A stretch of DNA of 42,197 bases from positions 1 to 42,197 of the IMG/VR virus record IMGVR_UViG_3300026196_000015; one strand, 5' to 3'. Within the stretch, counting starts at the first letter, position 1; each line of letters starts with the position of its first letter. Below are positions 9,101 to 18,204 of this stretch, in pieces. Below the pieces are notes generated by a model. It made no database searches and was not told the DNA's origin. It worked only from the letters and a program-made list of their open reading frames with translations. Source of the DNA: a virus (Duplodnaviria > Caudoviricetes). The position numbers and the translations under genes were made by a program.

Positions 9101-12100
9101 AGCTATCGGCTACTTCATCGCCGTGCACTTCCCTGACCTCATCCAGATCTAAAGCCGCTCCTTCCCGCAAAAATTTGATTGCCCTTCCAGTCTGTGAACC
9201 TTCAAACTCTCTTGCCGCCTGTTTCCGCCATTGCGCCTGGAACTTTCTTAGATCGCTGTGATATTCGTCTTCAGCTTCCGCTTGAGCTTTTTTGAGAAGG
9301 TCAGACATCGCTCGTTTATCATCCTGAGTCACGCCGAGCTTCCTGGCTTCCTCATTGCTGAGAGTCGTCATGTTATTCTCGATCATAGCCTCTTCTGACA
9401 ACTGTTTGACCGTGAATAGATTGTTCATGACTTCCCGGATCTCATCGGGGATTTGGGCTGGAATATTGGATGAAGAAATTGTCCGGTAAACTGACATCAT
9501 CCATTCTTTGATTCTTCTGAATACTGAGCGTAGATCAGCTGTCGGAGCCTCCCCATCAAGCAGGTATCTCTCGAAAGAGCCAGCAAACTTTTCCTGTGCC
9601 GCTACGTCTATCTCTCCATCAGGCGATACATTCAGATAAGTTGATAGAGTTTGATAATCATTCAGGAAATCATTCGAAGCAGACCCGGAATCTGCAATCT
9701 GTTTCATTTCTGCCAGGAACACATGACCGAGCTCATGAAACAGCGTTGACTTGTCTGATTGCATCAATTCAATGGCATATCGATCACCAGAGATTAGGAC
9801 AGCGCCACGTTTTTGCTTCCCTGGTTGTAGGAATGTTTTTATTTGTTCAAGCGTTTTTACCTTGCTGCCAAAGGGTATTAAATAACTTGTCCCAAACTCA
9901 TCGCTCATAGCAACAGCATCGAACCCTTGATTTACGGCAATTTGTCCCCTTATTTTTTGAGCGTACCAACTAGCTTCCCCCAAATCTTCATATCCATATT
10001 CTAAAAACGGATTATCTCCATATTCAAAAATATTTTTATCATCTGCCGTTAGATCATAAATTTGCTCTATCTTTTGTTCATCAGCGTCTGGAAATTCTTT
10101 TTTTAAATAATCAACCGTTTTATCATAATCAAAACTTACATCGCCTCTTTTAGCGACCTTCCCCTTTCTTGGATAAAAAGTATTTTGTATTTCACCGCCC
10201 TGGTTTGACATTTCTCCAGCGCTTCCAAATATACCATCAAATAACCCATCTTTTTTTATCTCTGTTATTTTCTCGTTAGAACCATGGGTTATAGGGAATC
10301 CAGTATCATATTTTTCTTGTTCTCCTGATTGCCAAAATGTTTTTAACTTTTCGACGGCCTGGAAAAGGATGTTGGGATTTTTTGGGTCAAATGTGCCACG
10401 GTTGAAGACTGATTTGATTTGGGTTGGGTTGAAGGCAATAAAATGGGTAGTCCCTGGTGTTACCCCTTCCATTGACTTCCCAGTTTTTCTTTGGCTTCCA
10501 AACTTTTCGTCTACCGTGTTATCGATTATACCATCATATCCTGCTTCTTCAAAAGCTCGTCTGATTAGTTCTCCTGATGCAAGATTTCCATTTTCATCAG
10601 TTGCATATTGCAACCCTTCATTGTTTTTTAATGTTTCTACAAGTGATCTCGCAGTTATTTCACTCACGCCATAATCAGCAACAGTCATGACGGAATCTAT
10701 GGCAGGTTGGATGTCAACTTCTTCAAACTCATAACTGACAGACCTTAGAGCATCAAAAAACTCTAGGAGAGATCCTTGTTCATCAATATAGCCATTGTCA
10801 ATTGCCATCTCTCTTGTTCTTTCATCAATTAAATCCTGCTTTTCTTCTTCACTGACATCAGGATAATCTTGTTCTATTTCTGCTGTAGCTTCTTCAATAA
10901 AAGGTTCCGTCTCGTAAACTTGCTCTATGGAGAATGTCGTTTCGTTTTCCCCACCAATAATCACAGGATTTTTGAAAGACACATAAGCAGGAATGACATT
11001 AGGGGATCCACCAGAAAGCTCTTCTCTCGCTTTTTTTAAAGCTTCTTCGTAATCAATTTCTTCTTCCTGCTCTATCCGCTCTGCTCTTAGCTCTATTCTT
11101 CCTGTTAGATCAGGCCCTTCACCAGCATAATTAGCAGCAACATCACTCTGGTTATTAGTGAAGTAAAAGCCTAGCCCCAAATCATTCTCTGGGTTCCCTT
11201 TATCCTTTATGAATTCATCGAAACTATGTGTTGTCCCATGATAAACAACCAAAGGCTGGCCAGATTCATCAACAACCCTGGAATCTCCAAACCATTTTTT
11301 AAAGTTCTCCGCCTTGGTATCGATCTCTTGACCTAATCCCTCATTCAATACCCGCTTAATCTCTGCCATTGAACCGGGGCGATTGATCGTGAGCTTTTTG
11401 ACAAATTCGGTCTTATTAAGTCCCTCCAGGCCCATTCTGTTTGCGAAACGATCAACCAAAGTAGCAAAAGCGTCTGTTTCCCCTTGGGGAACTCCTGCCT
11501 TTTTCGCCTCTGATTTTACCCTGTTGATCTCCCCCTGGTATGTCTTTTCTGAGTCCTGGTATTCCTGGTAAAAATCCCGCTGCTTTTTGATCTCAGTCTC
11601 AACATCAAGCCCTTTCAGATCATTCTTTGTGTAACCATCCAGGGTTGCCTTGATGTCGTTCAATAATTGATTCCTCGCACCTTCATCGAGGTTGATCAAT
11701 TTGTGAACGTCGATCTTCAAATCTGACGAATCAGTTGTTTCAGACTCAGCCCTTATTTCATCAAGAATGGAATCGGCCTGTTCCTTGTCTCCCTGATAAA
11801 GTTTTTCGATTCCTTCCTGGGAGAGATAGGCGTATCGATCAACTCCAAGATTTCTGAGAAACTTTAATGTGTTGATGGATTGTCTCGCCTTGGTTTTCGT
11901 CTGGTCTATCTTATCGCCAATCCTCTGTATCTTATCGGCAAACGCCTCTGACTCTACCTTTTTTGCCTGGATATTAAAGACGCTCTTTGAGAGATTCACA
12001 GAAGCACCAGAGATCGGAAACAAGGCCCCAATTGTTCCGCCTATTGCTGCAGAATACAAAGCATTTGACTGGAATTCTTCGCTTGTTATTCTCTGATAAT

Positions 12101-13172
12101 ACTTATTCAATAGTTCAGGCGTATCCAGACCTGGATTCTTGGCGTAAACATCGGCAAACTCATCAGGATACGATTGCAAGTATTCTTCAAGACCTTCCGC
12201 CGTCGATGTTTCTAAAAGCGAAGCCAAAAAATCTACTGCCTTGCCGGGCTTAACCATTTTTTTGAAGGCACCAATACTAATCAGGTTACCGGCATATTCA
12301 AGCGGTGTTTGTCCCATGGCAGACATGACAGCTGCTCTTCTCGCTCTGTCCTTATCAACCCCTTGACGTTGCAAGTCTTCATATTTCTGACCGGCTATCT
12401 GACGATACATGCCAAGCATTCCGAGGGGGCCAACCGCTGCTGTTGAAGCCATCCCGACAACAGAACCGCCAAATCCCCTGAAAACATCTTCGACAAATCC
12501 TGTGCTTGATTGTTCATATTCTTCTGGCAATTGAAGGCTTGGATTGTCTTTTACGTCTGTCCAAAACTTCCTTCTCGGCTCTATGAAATCGCTGAGAGCT
12601 TTCGTTTCTGCCTGATCTTGTGGTAATCCAGACTTTTTGTTTTCCTCAACTGCTTTTAATAATTCCGCGCGTTCAATCAGGGGAGCGCTTTTAATGTAAT
12701 CTTTTACCTGAGTAATGTCCTCAAGATTTAATCCCTCTATGGCCATAACATTTCCAGCTGCGAAACTGGAAACAGACTTCTTTAATTCAGCGAAGAAACC
12801 ACCAAAAAGCCTCCCTGCAGTCAGAGAAGGATGTTTCTTTTTCCATTCCCTTTCTACTTCGGCAAGCTTTTCAACGTCATCATGACTGACAAGAGCATTG
12901 GTAAAGTCAGACATGTATTCAGATGTTTTGGGATTATCTGACAGGATTTTGGCAGATTTAATCTTGTTGGTTTTCGCCCTGACTAATTCAGGATCTTCTC
13001 GAACAGTCGATAGAGGTAACCCAGATTCCCTGGATAATTTCTGATTAAACGCCTCCGCTTCCGGATTCTGTGTTGACGCTATCTCAATATTGGAATCGGC
13101 ACCGGATACGGCAAAAATATCCTGGTTCTCTTTCTTTTTCTCTGCTTCCAGTGGTGAGAAAATATCATTCAT
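6153..13172 (-). CDS. Large internal virion/ejection protein (2339 aa) with ADP-ribosyltransferase, AcrIF11-like and zincin domains
   Basis: Third internal-protein slot, just before the tailspike. FKKWFGDSRVVDESGQPLVVYHGT...GYDGII...FNPTQIKS (ART); THGS...QKIRG...MSDEFGTS (AcrIF11-like); TLFHELGH (zincin); C-terminal ADSIVRQTQG...LFTMFYSYFN typical of these proteins. Confidence 0.8.
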   Translation of the reverse strand: MNDIFSPLEAEKKKENQDIFAVSGADSNIEIASTQNPEAEAFNQKLSRESGLPLSTVREDPELVRAKTNKIKSAKILSDNPKTSEYMSDFTNALVSHDDVEKLAEVEREWKKKHPSLTAGRLFGGFFAELKKSVSSFAAGNVMAIEGLNLEDITQVKDYIKSAPLIERAELLKAVEENKKSGLPQDQAETKALSDFIEPRRKFWTDVKDNPSLQLPEEYEQSSTGFVEDVFRGFGGSVVGMASTAAVGPLGMLGMYRQIAGQKYEDLQRQGVDKDRARRAAVMSAMGQTPLEYAGNLISIGAFKKMVKPGKAVDFLASLLETSTAEGLEEYLQSYPDEFADVYAKNPGLDTPELLNKYYQRITSEEFQSNALYSAAIGGTIGALFPISGASVNLSKSVFNIQAKKVESEAFADKIQRIGDKIDQTKTKARQSINTLKFLRNLGVDRYAYLSQEGIEKLYQGDKEQADSILDEIRAESETTDSSDLKIDVHKLINLDEGARNQLLNDIKATLDGYTKNDLKGLDVETEIKKQRDFYQEYQDSEKTYQGEINRVKSEAKKAGVPQGETDAFATLVDRFANRMGLEGLNKTEFVKKLTINRPGSMAEIKRVLNEGLGQEIDTKAENFKKWFGDSRVVDESGQPLVVYHGTTHSFDEFIKDKGNPENDLGLGFYFTNNQSDVAANYAGEGPDLTGRIELRAERIEQEEEIDYEEALKKAREELSGGSPNVIPAYVSFKNPVIIGGENETTFSIEQVYETEPFIEEATAEIEQDYPDVSEEEKQDLIDERTREMAIDNGYIDEQGSLLEFFDALRSVSYEFEEVDIQPAIDSVMTVADYGVSEITARSLVETLKNNEGLQYATDENGNLASGELIRRAFEEAGYDGIIDNTVDEKFGSQRKTGKSMEGVTPGTTHFIAFNPTQIKSVFNRGTFDPKNPNILFQAVEKLKTFWQSGEQEKYDTGFPITHGSNEKITEIKKDGLFDGIFGSAGEMSNQGGEIQNTFYPRKGKVAKRGDVSFDYDKTVDYLKKEFPDADEQKIEQIYDLTADDKNIFEYGDNPFLEYGYEDLGEASWYAQKIRGQIAVNQGFDAVAMSDEFGTSYLIPFGSKVKTLEQIKTFLQPGKQKRGAVLISGDRYAIELMQSDKSTLFHELGHVFLAEMKQIADSGSASNDFLNDYQTLSTYLNVSPDGEIDVAAQEKFAGSFERYLLDGEAPTADLRSVFRRIKEWMMSVYRTISSSNIPAQIPDEIREVMNNLFTVKQLSEEAMIENNMTTLSNEEARKLGVTQDDKRAMSDLLKKAQAEAEDEYHSDLRKFQAQWRKQAAREFEGSQTGRAIKFLREGAALDLDEVREVHGDEVADSLRKKRLAKKNGMSVLVATEQTGYKSEQELITALLTSPSKTDFIKQSVESNTTDWFNRFKPEEYINSTKPFSDYMDIKNRYINRAGGKPVEKLGMAEFAKEKLGSMPVRDAINTRRFMSDFKRHTDKERSSIRLGKKKEAADANYLARMAHAMAKQSMTMRKEVEKLQRKVKGLSNSTALTQDTLNQVRDLAARFGLIRADGKKLLPEDIQSALSQMDPEAAGEFKARYFNANDLQMSVAAVRNQVSERDRQTLESWANSKDGYEIDLADFIRNPSFMKDYKDLPFADFQELSDTFFIINHVDREERYFTALGERIRIKEITDKLLSRVEKTQKIKGIDFERNNVKEFLGNGVAVHTKMETLFRKLDGEVTGDWYHYLFEPIAEAEHARDDRLKVEAKAMREIFKGIKDPNKRVYVESLPKEFSNMRRQQAISAALNTGNSDNKAKLIEGYGWSEQQLEDLLDTLTKEDWDTVQKIWDYIETFKDDLFSVEKDIKGRTPKEIKAEAVQTKFGEYKGGYYPILYDRRLSWSSFKHGQLDDIKSLFKRTYATSNTRAGSLKERVASAGDKKIKLDLTVISDHVFEVVHDITHRKAVLNVAKLIRNKDVQTALTNTIGVNLQSQMHSWLEDVAKEQANASDVYHKLFRWARTSTSLMSMGLKFTTMAQQFVGYTQTIDELGMVQSAKGLKMFYGIGNDYAKIGDRIEFARTSSGFMRNRMQSFDRDIRDITKFGGKIDKKGINKIAFAGIGFMQMGVDLPTWYAGYDKALKDGKSHEQAVQFADSIVRQTQGAGGTKDLAKIQRGDEAIRLFTMFYSYFNTLFNLGSLRVSQIKQARLGGKVAIAASAAVWLWFVPSLLSEMVSGRGPEDDEEWWDWAFPQLANYPFQTVIGVREVANYAFSGWDYSATPAEAAPKSVADFLTTWERVIKDEKDIKEGVEQTAETAGYIFGLPLKQIIILLGNLYDYSTGDNPDFDYQDFMRRNRS

Positions 13173-14928
13173 TAATTGCTACCGCTTTATTGCGAAATTT
13201 TTGAGCTTCGGCATATAGTTCTGATGTTGGAGGAAGGCCCATATAATAAACCCTGGCATAAAGCCTGATCGTTGTATCGTTCACTTTATAATTGCCATCC
13301 TGGATCAATTTATCTGTTATTTCCTGCTTTAATTCCTCATCATCAACAAATGGCAACCAGGTATTGGCTTCACCTTTCTCGACTGCCTGCTCGTATGAAA
13401 GATTGCTTCCTCTGCCAATATTGAAGATTCCAGCGTTTGCAATCTCTCCTCTCTTCCCGAGCTTCTTCTCGATTACCTTTTTATTGATGATCTTGTTCTC
13501 TTCTTCAGGAGTGATCTTTTTACCGGTAGACTCTTCTAGGTTATTGATCTCTTGCTCTACCTCATTGGCAAAATCGGCAAATTGAGCATTGTATTCCTGC
13601 TGTCTAGATTCAGATGCGTTCCGTGGTTTATTAATTCCGACCTGTTCAGCTGCTTCTTTTATTTTCGCTGTTGTCGTTCTTGACCTGGTAAATTTTCCTG
13701 TCTCTCGCTCTTTGTTCTGATCGTCAATTAACCGTTTTTTGTCTGTGAGAGATATCAAAGGATTGACAGCGATGTTTTCAGAAACGAACTCTTCATGAGA
13801 TAAAGACTTAATCCTCTGGTATTCCCTTGGGTCTGTCTTTATCTCTCCCTCGCCTTTGATGTAAGACCTCGCCGTTTTAAGGAGAGTCGGCCTCACTTCA
13901 GGATCTGATTTATTGGCAATGGCAAAGATCGCATTTCTCCAATTCGGATCATTCTGGACAGCTGTCTCCATCTCATTTGTTGCGGTATTGAGGGCGTTAT
14001 TCAGCCTGAGTTTTTTTGCGTTTTCATCTCTTACTTTCATGTTATCAAGCAGAGTCAAAACGGCTTGCCGTTCTTCGGCACTATCGATCTTTCTTGCCGC
14101 CTCAAGCCGTCCTTCGTATGTATCATTCTTTACATAGATGTCATCTGCCTTGTTTTGATATCTCTGTGTGTCTTTTTCCCGGTTGATTCTATCCTTCAGA
14201 GAATTCCTGACATCGGCATTGATTTGTTCCTTGTGATTATCGAAATAAGCACTGGCAAGTTCAACCCGGTTATCGCGTTCTTTATCCTTCAAAAAAGAGT
14301 CAATCATCGCAGTGTGAGCTGCTGTCAGGGTGTTTTTGACTTCGCGCTTAACAACGTCCTCTCCCAACTCAGCATATGCTTCCCTGGTTTCATTGACTGC
14401 TTCCTGGATGTCTGTGCTTCTCTGAGTCGGATCGTACTTATTGATAGATGCCGACTGAATAGCGTTGTCCCTTTTGGCCAGTGTCTCTTGCTTTGCCCAA
14501 TTTCTGATCTCTCCTTGTTCATGGGCGTACATATCGATTTCGATGTTATTCATCACCGGGGCCATCTCCATCCGGAACATTCTTTGCTGTCTCGGATTCT
14601 CCAGAGAAGATAGAGCCGATTCAAACTGATTCTTTGCGTAATCGGTATAAGATTCCGTGACCCCAACAGCCTGTTTGCCTTTTATATTACGAGCCTCAAC
14701 AAGCCTCTCCATCAATGTTTTCCTGATGGTATTCTGAGCAGACTTAACCGCTGCAGTATCATTCCTATCCTGGATATCCTCAAAGATGCCCCCGGCCTGA
14801 ACCAACTGCTGACCAAAATTTGATATGCTGGCAGCTAAAGCCCTATCCCCGGAAAAGTCCTGTTTCGGTCTTTGCTCCCTGGTAGTTGGGACTGGTTCTA
14901 CTTGTCTTTTTCTTACCTGAATAGGCAT
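13165..14928 (-). CDS. Internal virion/ejection protein (587 aa)
   Basis: Helical, charged sequence; located between the small and large internal proteins. Confidence 0.65.
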   Translation of the reverse strand: MPIQVRKRQVEPVPTTREQRPKQDFSGDRALAASISNFGQQLVQAGGIFEDIQDRNDTAAVKSAQNTIRKTLMERLVEARNIKGKQAVGVTESYTDYAKNQFESALSSLENPRQQRMFRMEMAPVMNNIEIDMYAHEQGEIRNWAKQETLAKRDNAIQSASINKYDPTQRSTDIQEAVNETREAYAELGEDVVKREVKNTLTAAHTAMIDSFLKDKERDNRVELASAYFDNHKEQINADVRNSLKDRINREKDTQRYQNKADDIYVKNDTYEGRLEAARKIDSAEERQAVLTLLDNMKVRDENAKKLRLNNALNTATNEMETAVQNDPNWRNAIFAIANKSDPEVRPTLLKTARSYIKGEGEIKTDPREYQRIKSLSHEEFVSENIAVNPLISLTDKKRLIDDQNKERETGKFTRSRTTTAKIKEAAEQVGINKPRNASESRQQEYNAQFADFANEVEQEINNLEESTGKKITPEEENKIINKKVIEKKLGKRGEIANAGIFNIGRGSNLSYEQAVEKGEANTWLPFVDDEELKQEITDKLIQDGNYKVNDTTIRLYARVYYMGLPPTSELYAEAQKFRNKAVAINE

Positions 14929-14931
14929 GAT

Positions 14932-15453
14932 TTAACTCGCGTTTTGGTATTTGTCCCAACGGTCAGCTAAAGTAGCCGCTGAATTTAAAACTGACCCTGT
15001 TCCTTGGATATTGCTTGCCAAAGCTTTCGCATCATATTGTTTGCCAAGAGCACGTCCTGTCTTTCTCATATACCTTGCTTCCCTTAACAATCGGTTGCGT
15101 TCATTGGCATAGATATTTCTTAATTCATTGACATCGGCCTCAACTGACCTTTCTGAATCCTGAATGATGTCAGCTGATGTGCCAGTATCCAACCTGACAC
15201 CAGTTCCGGAAGCTGATGACTTCTGCTCTCCAATGAATTGCTGACCTTCTGACTGTAAGGACTTCTCTTTTTTTACCCCGATAACCCCGATCTCTTTAGC
15301 TGCTTTTTCAGCTTGACCTGCTTGGAAATAAGCGTCTCCTATGGCAGCATCTTTTTCATTTTGTATAGCCTGTGCGTTGGTGTACATGCTATATAGATCA
15401 GTCCCTAATTTTATTGCGGCTATTACTGCACCGACAACTGCAGGCCATCCCAT
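14932..15453 (-). CDS. Small internal virion protein (T7 gp14-like position)
   Basis: Hydrophobic G/A-rich N-terminus, SGTGVRLDTGTSADI motif; directly after tail tube B. Confidence 0.65.
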   Translation of the reverse strand: MGWPAVVGAVIAAIKLGTDLYSMYTNAQAIQNEKDAAIGDAYFQAGQAEKAAKEIGVIGVKKEKSLQSEGQQFIGEQKSSASGTGVRLDTGTSADIIQDSERSVEADVNELRNIYANERNRLLREARYMRKTGRALGKQYDAKALASNIQGTGSVLNSAATLADRWDKYQNAS

Positions 15454-15462
15454 AAATTCTCC

Positions 15463-18204
15463 CTAATCATGCCCGTAATCCGGGACAATTGATAATATTG
15501 TGCAAGGAACTGGTTCGTCATTACGGAAAAAACTGGTGGCTATTCTCTCATCTTCATAATCGAATTCCGCTCGTTTGTAGCCAGTAAACAAATCAGGTGG
15601 ATTACCACCAAGTCCAGCATCCCTGAACTGAACCAAATCTAAATTGCTTGAATTCTTTCCAGCTTTCAGGTTCCGTGTCTTATAAACATGGATTAACATA
15701 TCCTGAATTCGCTTTTTCTCTCCAGGTTCCCGTGATAAATCCAAGCATTCAAGATCTGAATTATACTTCAGCCCCACTTTAATAACAGAATAGGTCGAAG
15801 CATTCACAGTGATCGCCCCACTTGATACGGCATAAGGCCCTTTTACGGCACCATCGCAAACGGCATAGACTGATTCACCTTCCAGATGATCAAGACCAGT
15901 TAAGGTAGCCGTACCCGGTGAAACATATTCAACTCCGCTGTCCACAAAGAAGAAATCATAAGTGTCTTCGTCATCGATTCTTGGCATCAGGATCTCAATA
16001 TAATACTTGTCTGAACCGTTTATGGTGCGCTTAACAACAAAATACATGGTATCTATATCTTCACCAGGGAACATCTCAACTGCAGTGAATTGTCCGTCTG
16101 TCTCGAATTGCTGCCAGGCAGAAACTTGCTGGTCTGGAATATAAAGACAACCCAACAACGTCCCGCTCGATAAAACAACCCAGAGCATCTTGTAGGGATT
16201 AGTCTGGTAAGCCCAGTCTTTGATCGTTGTTCCTTCGAATAAATGCTCAGAGATGTAGTTCAACTGCGTTTCAAGGAACCCGAAATCTGAATTATCTTTG
16301 ATCTGGTAAATATCTTTCCCGCCTTTCCTCACCACAAGCAAGTTATTCGCTACTTTTTCCGGTGGAATTGCCGCGCAGCCAATATCTGATCTTTGGTCTA
16401 CAAAAACATCTCCTGGAGCGACAATTGTATTCTGTGTGCCCGTTATTTTAAATATCCCGTTAGATGTTCCGAGAGCTAGTCCATTCAACTCTGACAACCA
16501 CCTTATGTCATGCGGTTTTCTGGAATCGATGTCATAATTGAAAGCGTCATCATCTTGCGTTGGTGAATCGAAATTGAAGTTTGTTATATCGGTGATCTTC
16601 GAATGGTCTACTCGATGCGGATAGTCTGAACTCCCTGCAAGAACCAACCTCTGGTTATAGATAGAAACAGCTTTTGAATACTCGCCTGATTTATCACCGA
16701 GCGGGACTCTCCAATGCCTTGTCGAAAAAGCTGGATCTCTTTCTGTCACCGCAAAAATGTTTAAGTAAATTTTTTCATCTTCATAGTAGTTAGCATATTC
16801 CATTGTTATGCAGGCGTATGGAGCATTAGTCTTGAAATTGTGAAAGATGTCATTACTGGAACCGATGTCAGAAGCTCCTGGTGTTGTCCCTACTCTGATC
16901 GTTATATCATAATCAGCTAAAACTTTTGGCGGAACTCTTGGCGTTGAATCATATTCCCAGGCGATGAAGGCGACTAAGTTTGTCCCCGCCTCTATCGGGA
17001 TATTATTCTGCCTTAACACAACGCTATTACCTGCAACAGCATCGTCATATCCGTCAAAATTTGTCATGGAAGTAAACAGATCTGTTCCGCTGGTTCCGGC
17101 CTCGAGAGAGACACTATAGTTTTTACCAGGTGTGATTATTGATATTTTGTACCCATTATCATCGTCAGAATATTCACATATAAACCCTTGCCCGCTCAGA
17201 GCGGTGTTTATTAATGATGCGATATCCCCATGCAATAGAGCTGCGGCAGTTGTGATGCTGTATTCTACTGTATTTATTATAAAATAATATGTTGTTGTTG
17301 AAGATAGGCCTGATGCATCTAATGATGTATCGTTAGTGCATGAAGCTATTTGATAAGATAGTGGTGTTGTTCCGTTGTTTGCCTCTAACTTCCCGCTCGT
17401 GGCAAAACTTATGCTGGCATCTCCTGTTGATGCGTCTTCCCATTCTTCTATCCCGGATTTAAACCTGAAATTCTTGTTATAGGCATACCCAAAAGGGCCA
17501 TACAGCATTTCAAAGGTTGCGTAATTTGCCCCACCAGCCGCTCCTCTTTGCAATGCCTTCCATTGGATATCTGTTTGGTCTATTACGCTCGGATGGCCAC
17601 AATTCAGGTAATTTTCTGAGATCAATAGATATGGAGAAGCTCCTGACTCTTCCAGGATTATGTCTGGCCCGTTATTGTTTTCATAATAAGCTTTGGTTTG
17701 GGGAGATATGGTCTTTGATTCTAAAGTATAAGGCTTCCTCCATGGCCCTTGTTCACCTGACATCGCCACCGCAAGAGTCCAGTTTGTATCCGCTGTTCTG
17801 GTAAGCTTCCTGGTCTGATAATCTTCTGATGTTATATACAAAGCATCTGCCGACTGTGCAAAACTAAGTTTCCAGAGATTTGCTGTCGTGTACGGTGATG
17901 TGATGTAGTAATCAGTTAGGTATTGCTGCAGAACAGCACCATCTTTGATGATGAATATTTTCAGATTGCAGAAAATAAAGATATAATTGGATCCGCCTGT
18001 ACTGAACAGAACCAGCCTTTGGTCAGAATCACAGACATTGTCGACATACTTTGTTCCTGCCCTGTTTTCTACGCCACCACCAGGCAAAATAATCCAGTTT
18101 TTGATTGTCTTAGCAGACTGGTAGAATAGATCAAGATCGACTCTTCCCTGAAATCTTGGCCCTATCTCTCCAGATATAAATGAAGCTTGCAACCTTTTCG
18201 TCAT
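15463..18204 (-). CDS. Tail tubular protein B / nozzle
   Basis: QASFISGEIGP...GRVDL...NWIILPGGGVENRAGT N-terminus; FAQSAD; GLDHLEGESVYAVCDG C-terminal motif. Confidence 0.85.
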   Translation of the reverse strand: MTKRLQASFISGEIGPRFQGRVDLDLFYQSAKTIKNWIILPGGGVENRAGTKYVDNVCDSDQRLVLFSTGGSNYIFIFCNLKIFIIKDGAVLQQYLTDYYITSPYTTANLWKLSFAQSADALYITSEDYQTRKLTRTADTNWTLAVAMSGEQGPWRKPYTLESKTISPQTKAYYENNNGPDIILEESGASPYLLISENYLNCGHPSVIDQTDIQWKALQRGAAGGANYATFEMLYGPFGYAYNKNFRFKSGIEEWEDASTGDASISFATSGKLEANNGTTPLSYQIASCTNDTSLDASGLSSTTTYYFIINTVEYSITTAAALLHGDIASLINTALSGQGFICEYSDDDNGYKISIITPGKNYSVSLEAGTSGTDLFTSMTNFDGYDDAVAGNSVVLRQNNIPIEAGTNLVAFIAWEYDSTPRVPPKVLADYDITIRVGTTPGASDIGSSNDIFHNFKTNAPYACITMEYANYYEDEKIYLNIFAVTERDPAFSTRHWRVPLGDKSGEYSKAVSIYNQRLVLAGSSDYPHRVDHSKITDITNFNFDSPTQDDDAFNYDIDSRKPHDIRWLSELNGLALGTSNGIFKITGTQNTIVAPGDVFVDQRSDIGCAAIPPEKVANNLLVVRKGGKDIYQIKDNSDFGFLETQLNYISEHLFEGTTIKDWAYQTNPYKMLWVVLSSGTLLGCLYIPDQQVSAWQQFETDGQFTAVEMFPGEDIDTMYFVVKRTINGSDKYYIEILMPRIDDEDTYDFFFVDSGVEYVSPGTATLTGLDHLEGESVYAVCDGAVKGPYAVSSGAITVNASTYSVIKVGLKYNSDLECLDLSREPGEKKRIQDMLIHVYKTRNLKAGKNSSNLDLVQFRDAGLGGNPPDLFTGYKRAEFDYEDERIATSFFRNDEPVPCTILSIVPDYGHD

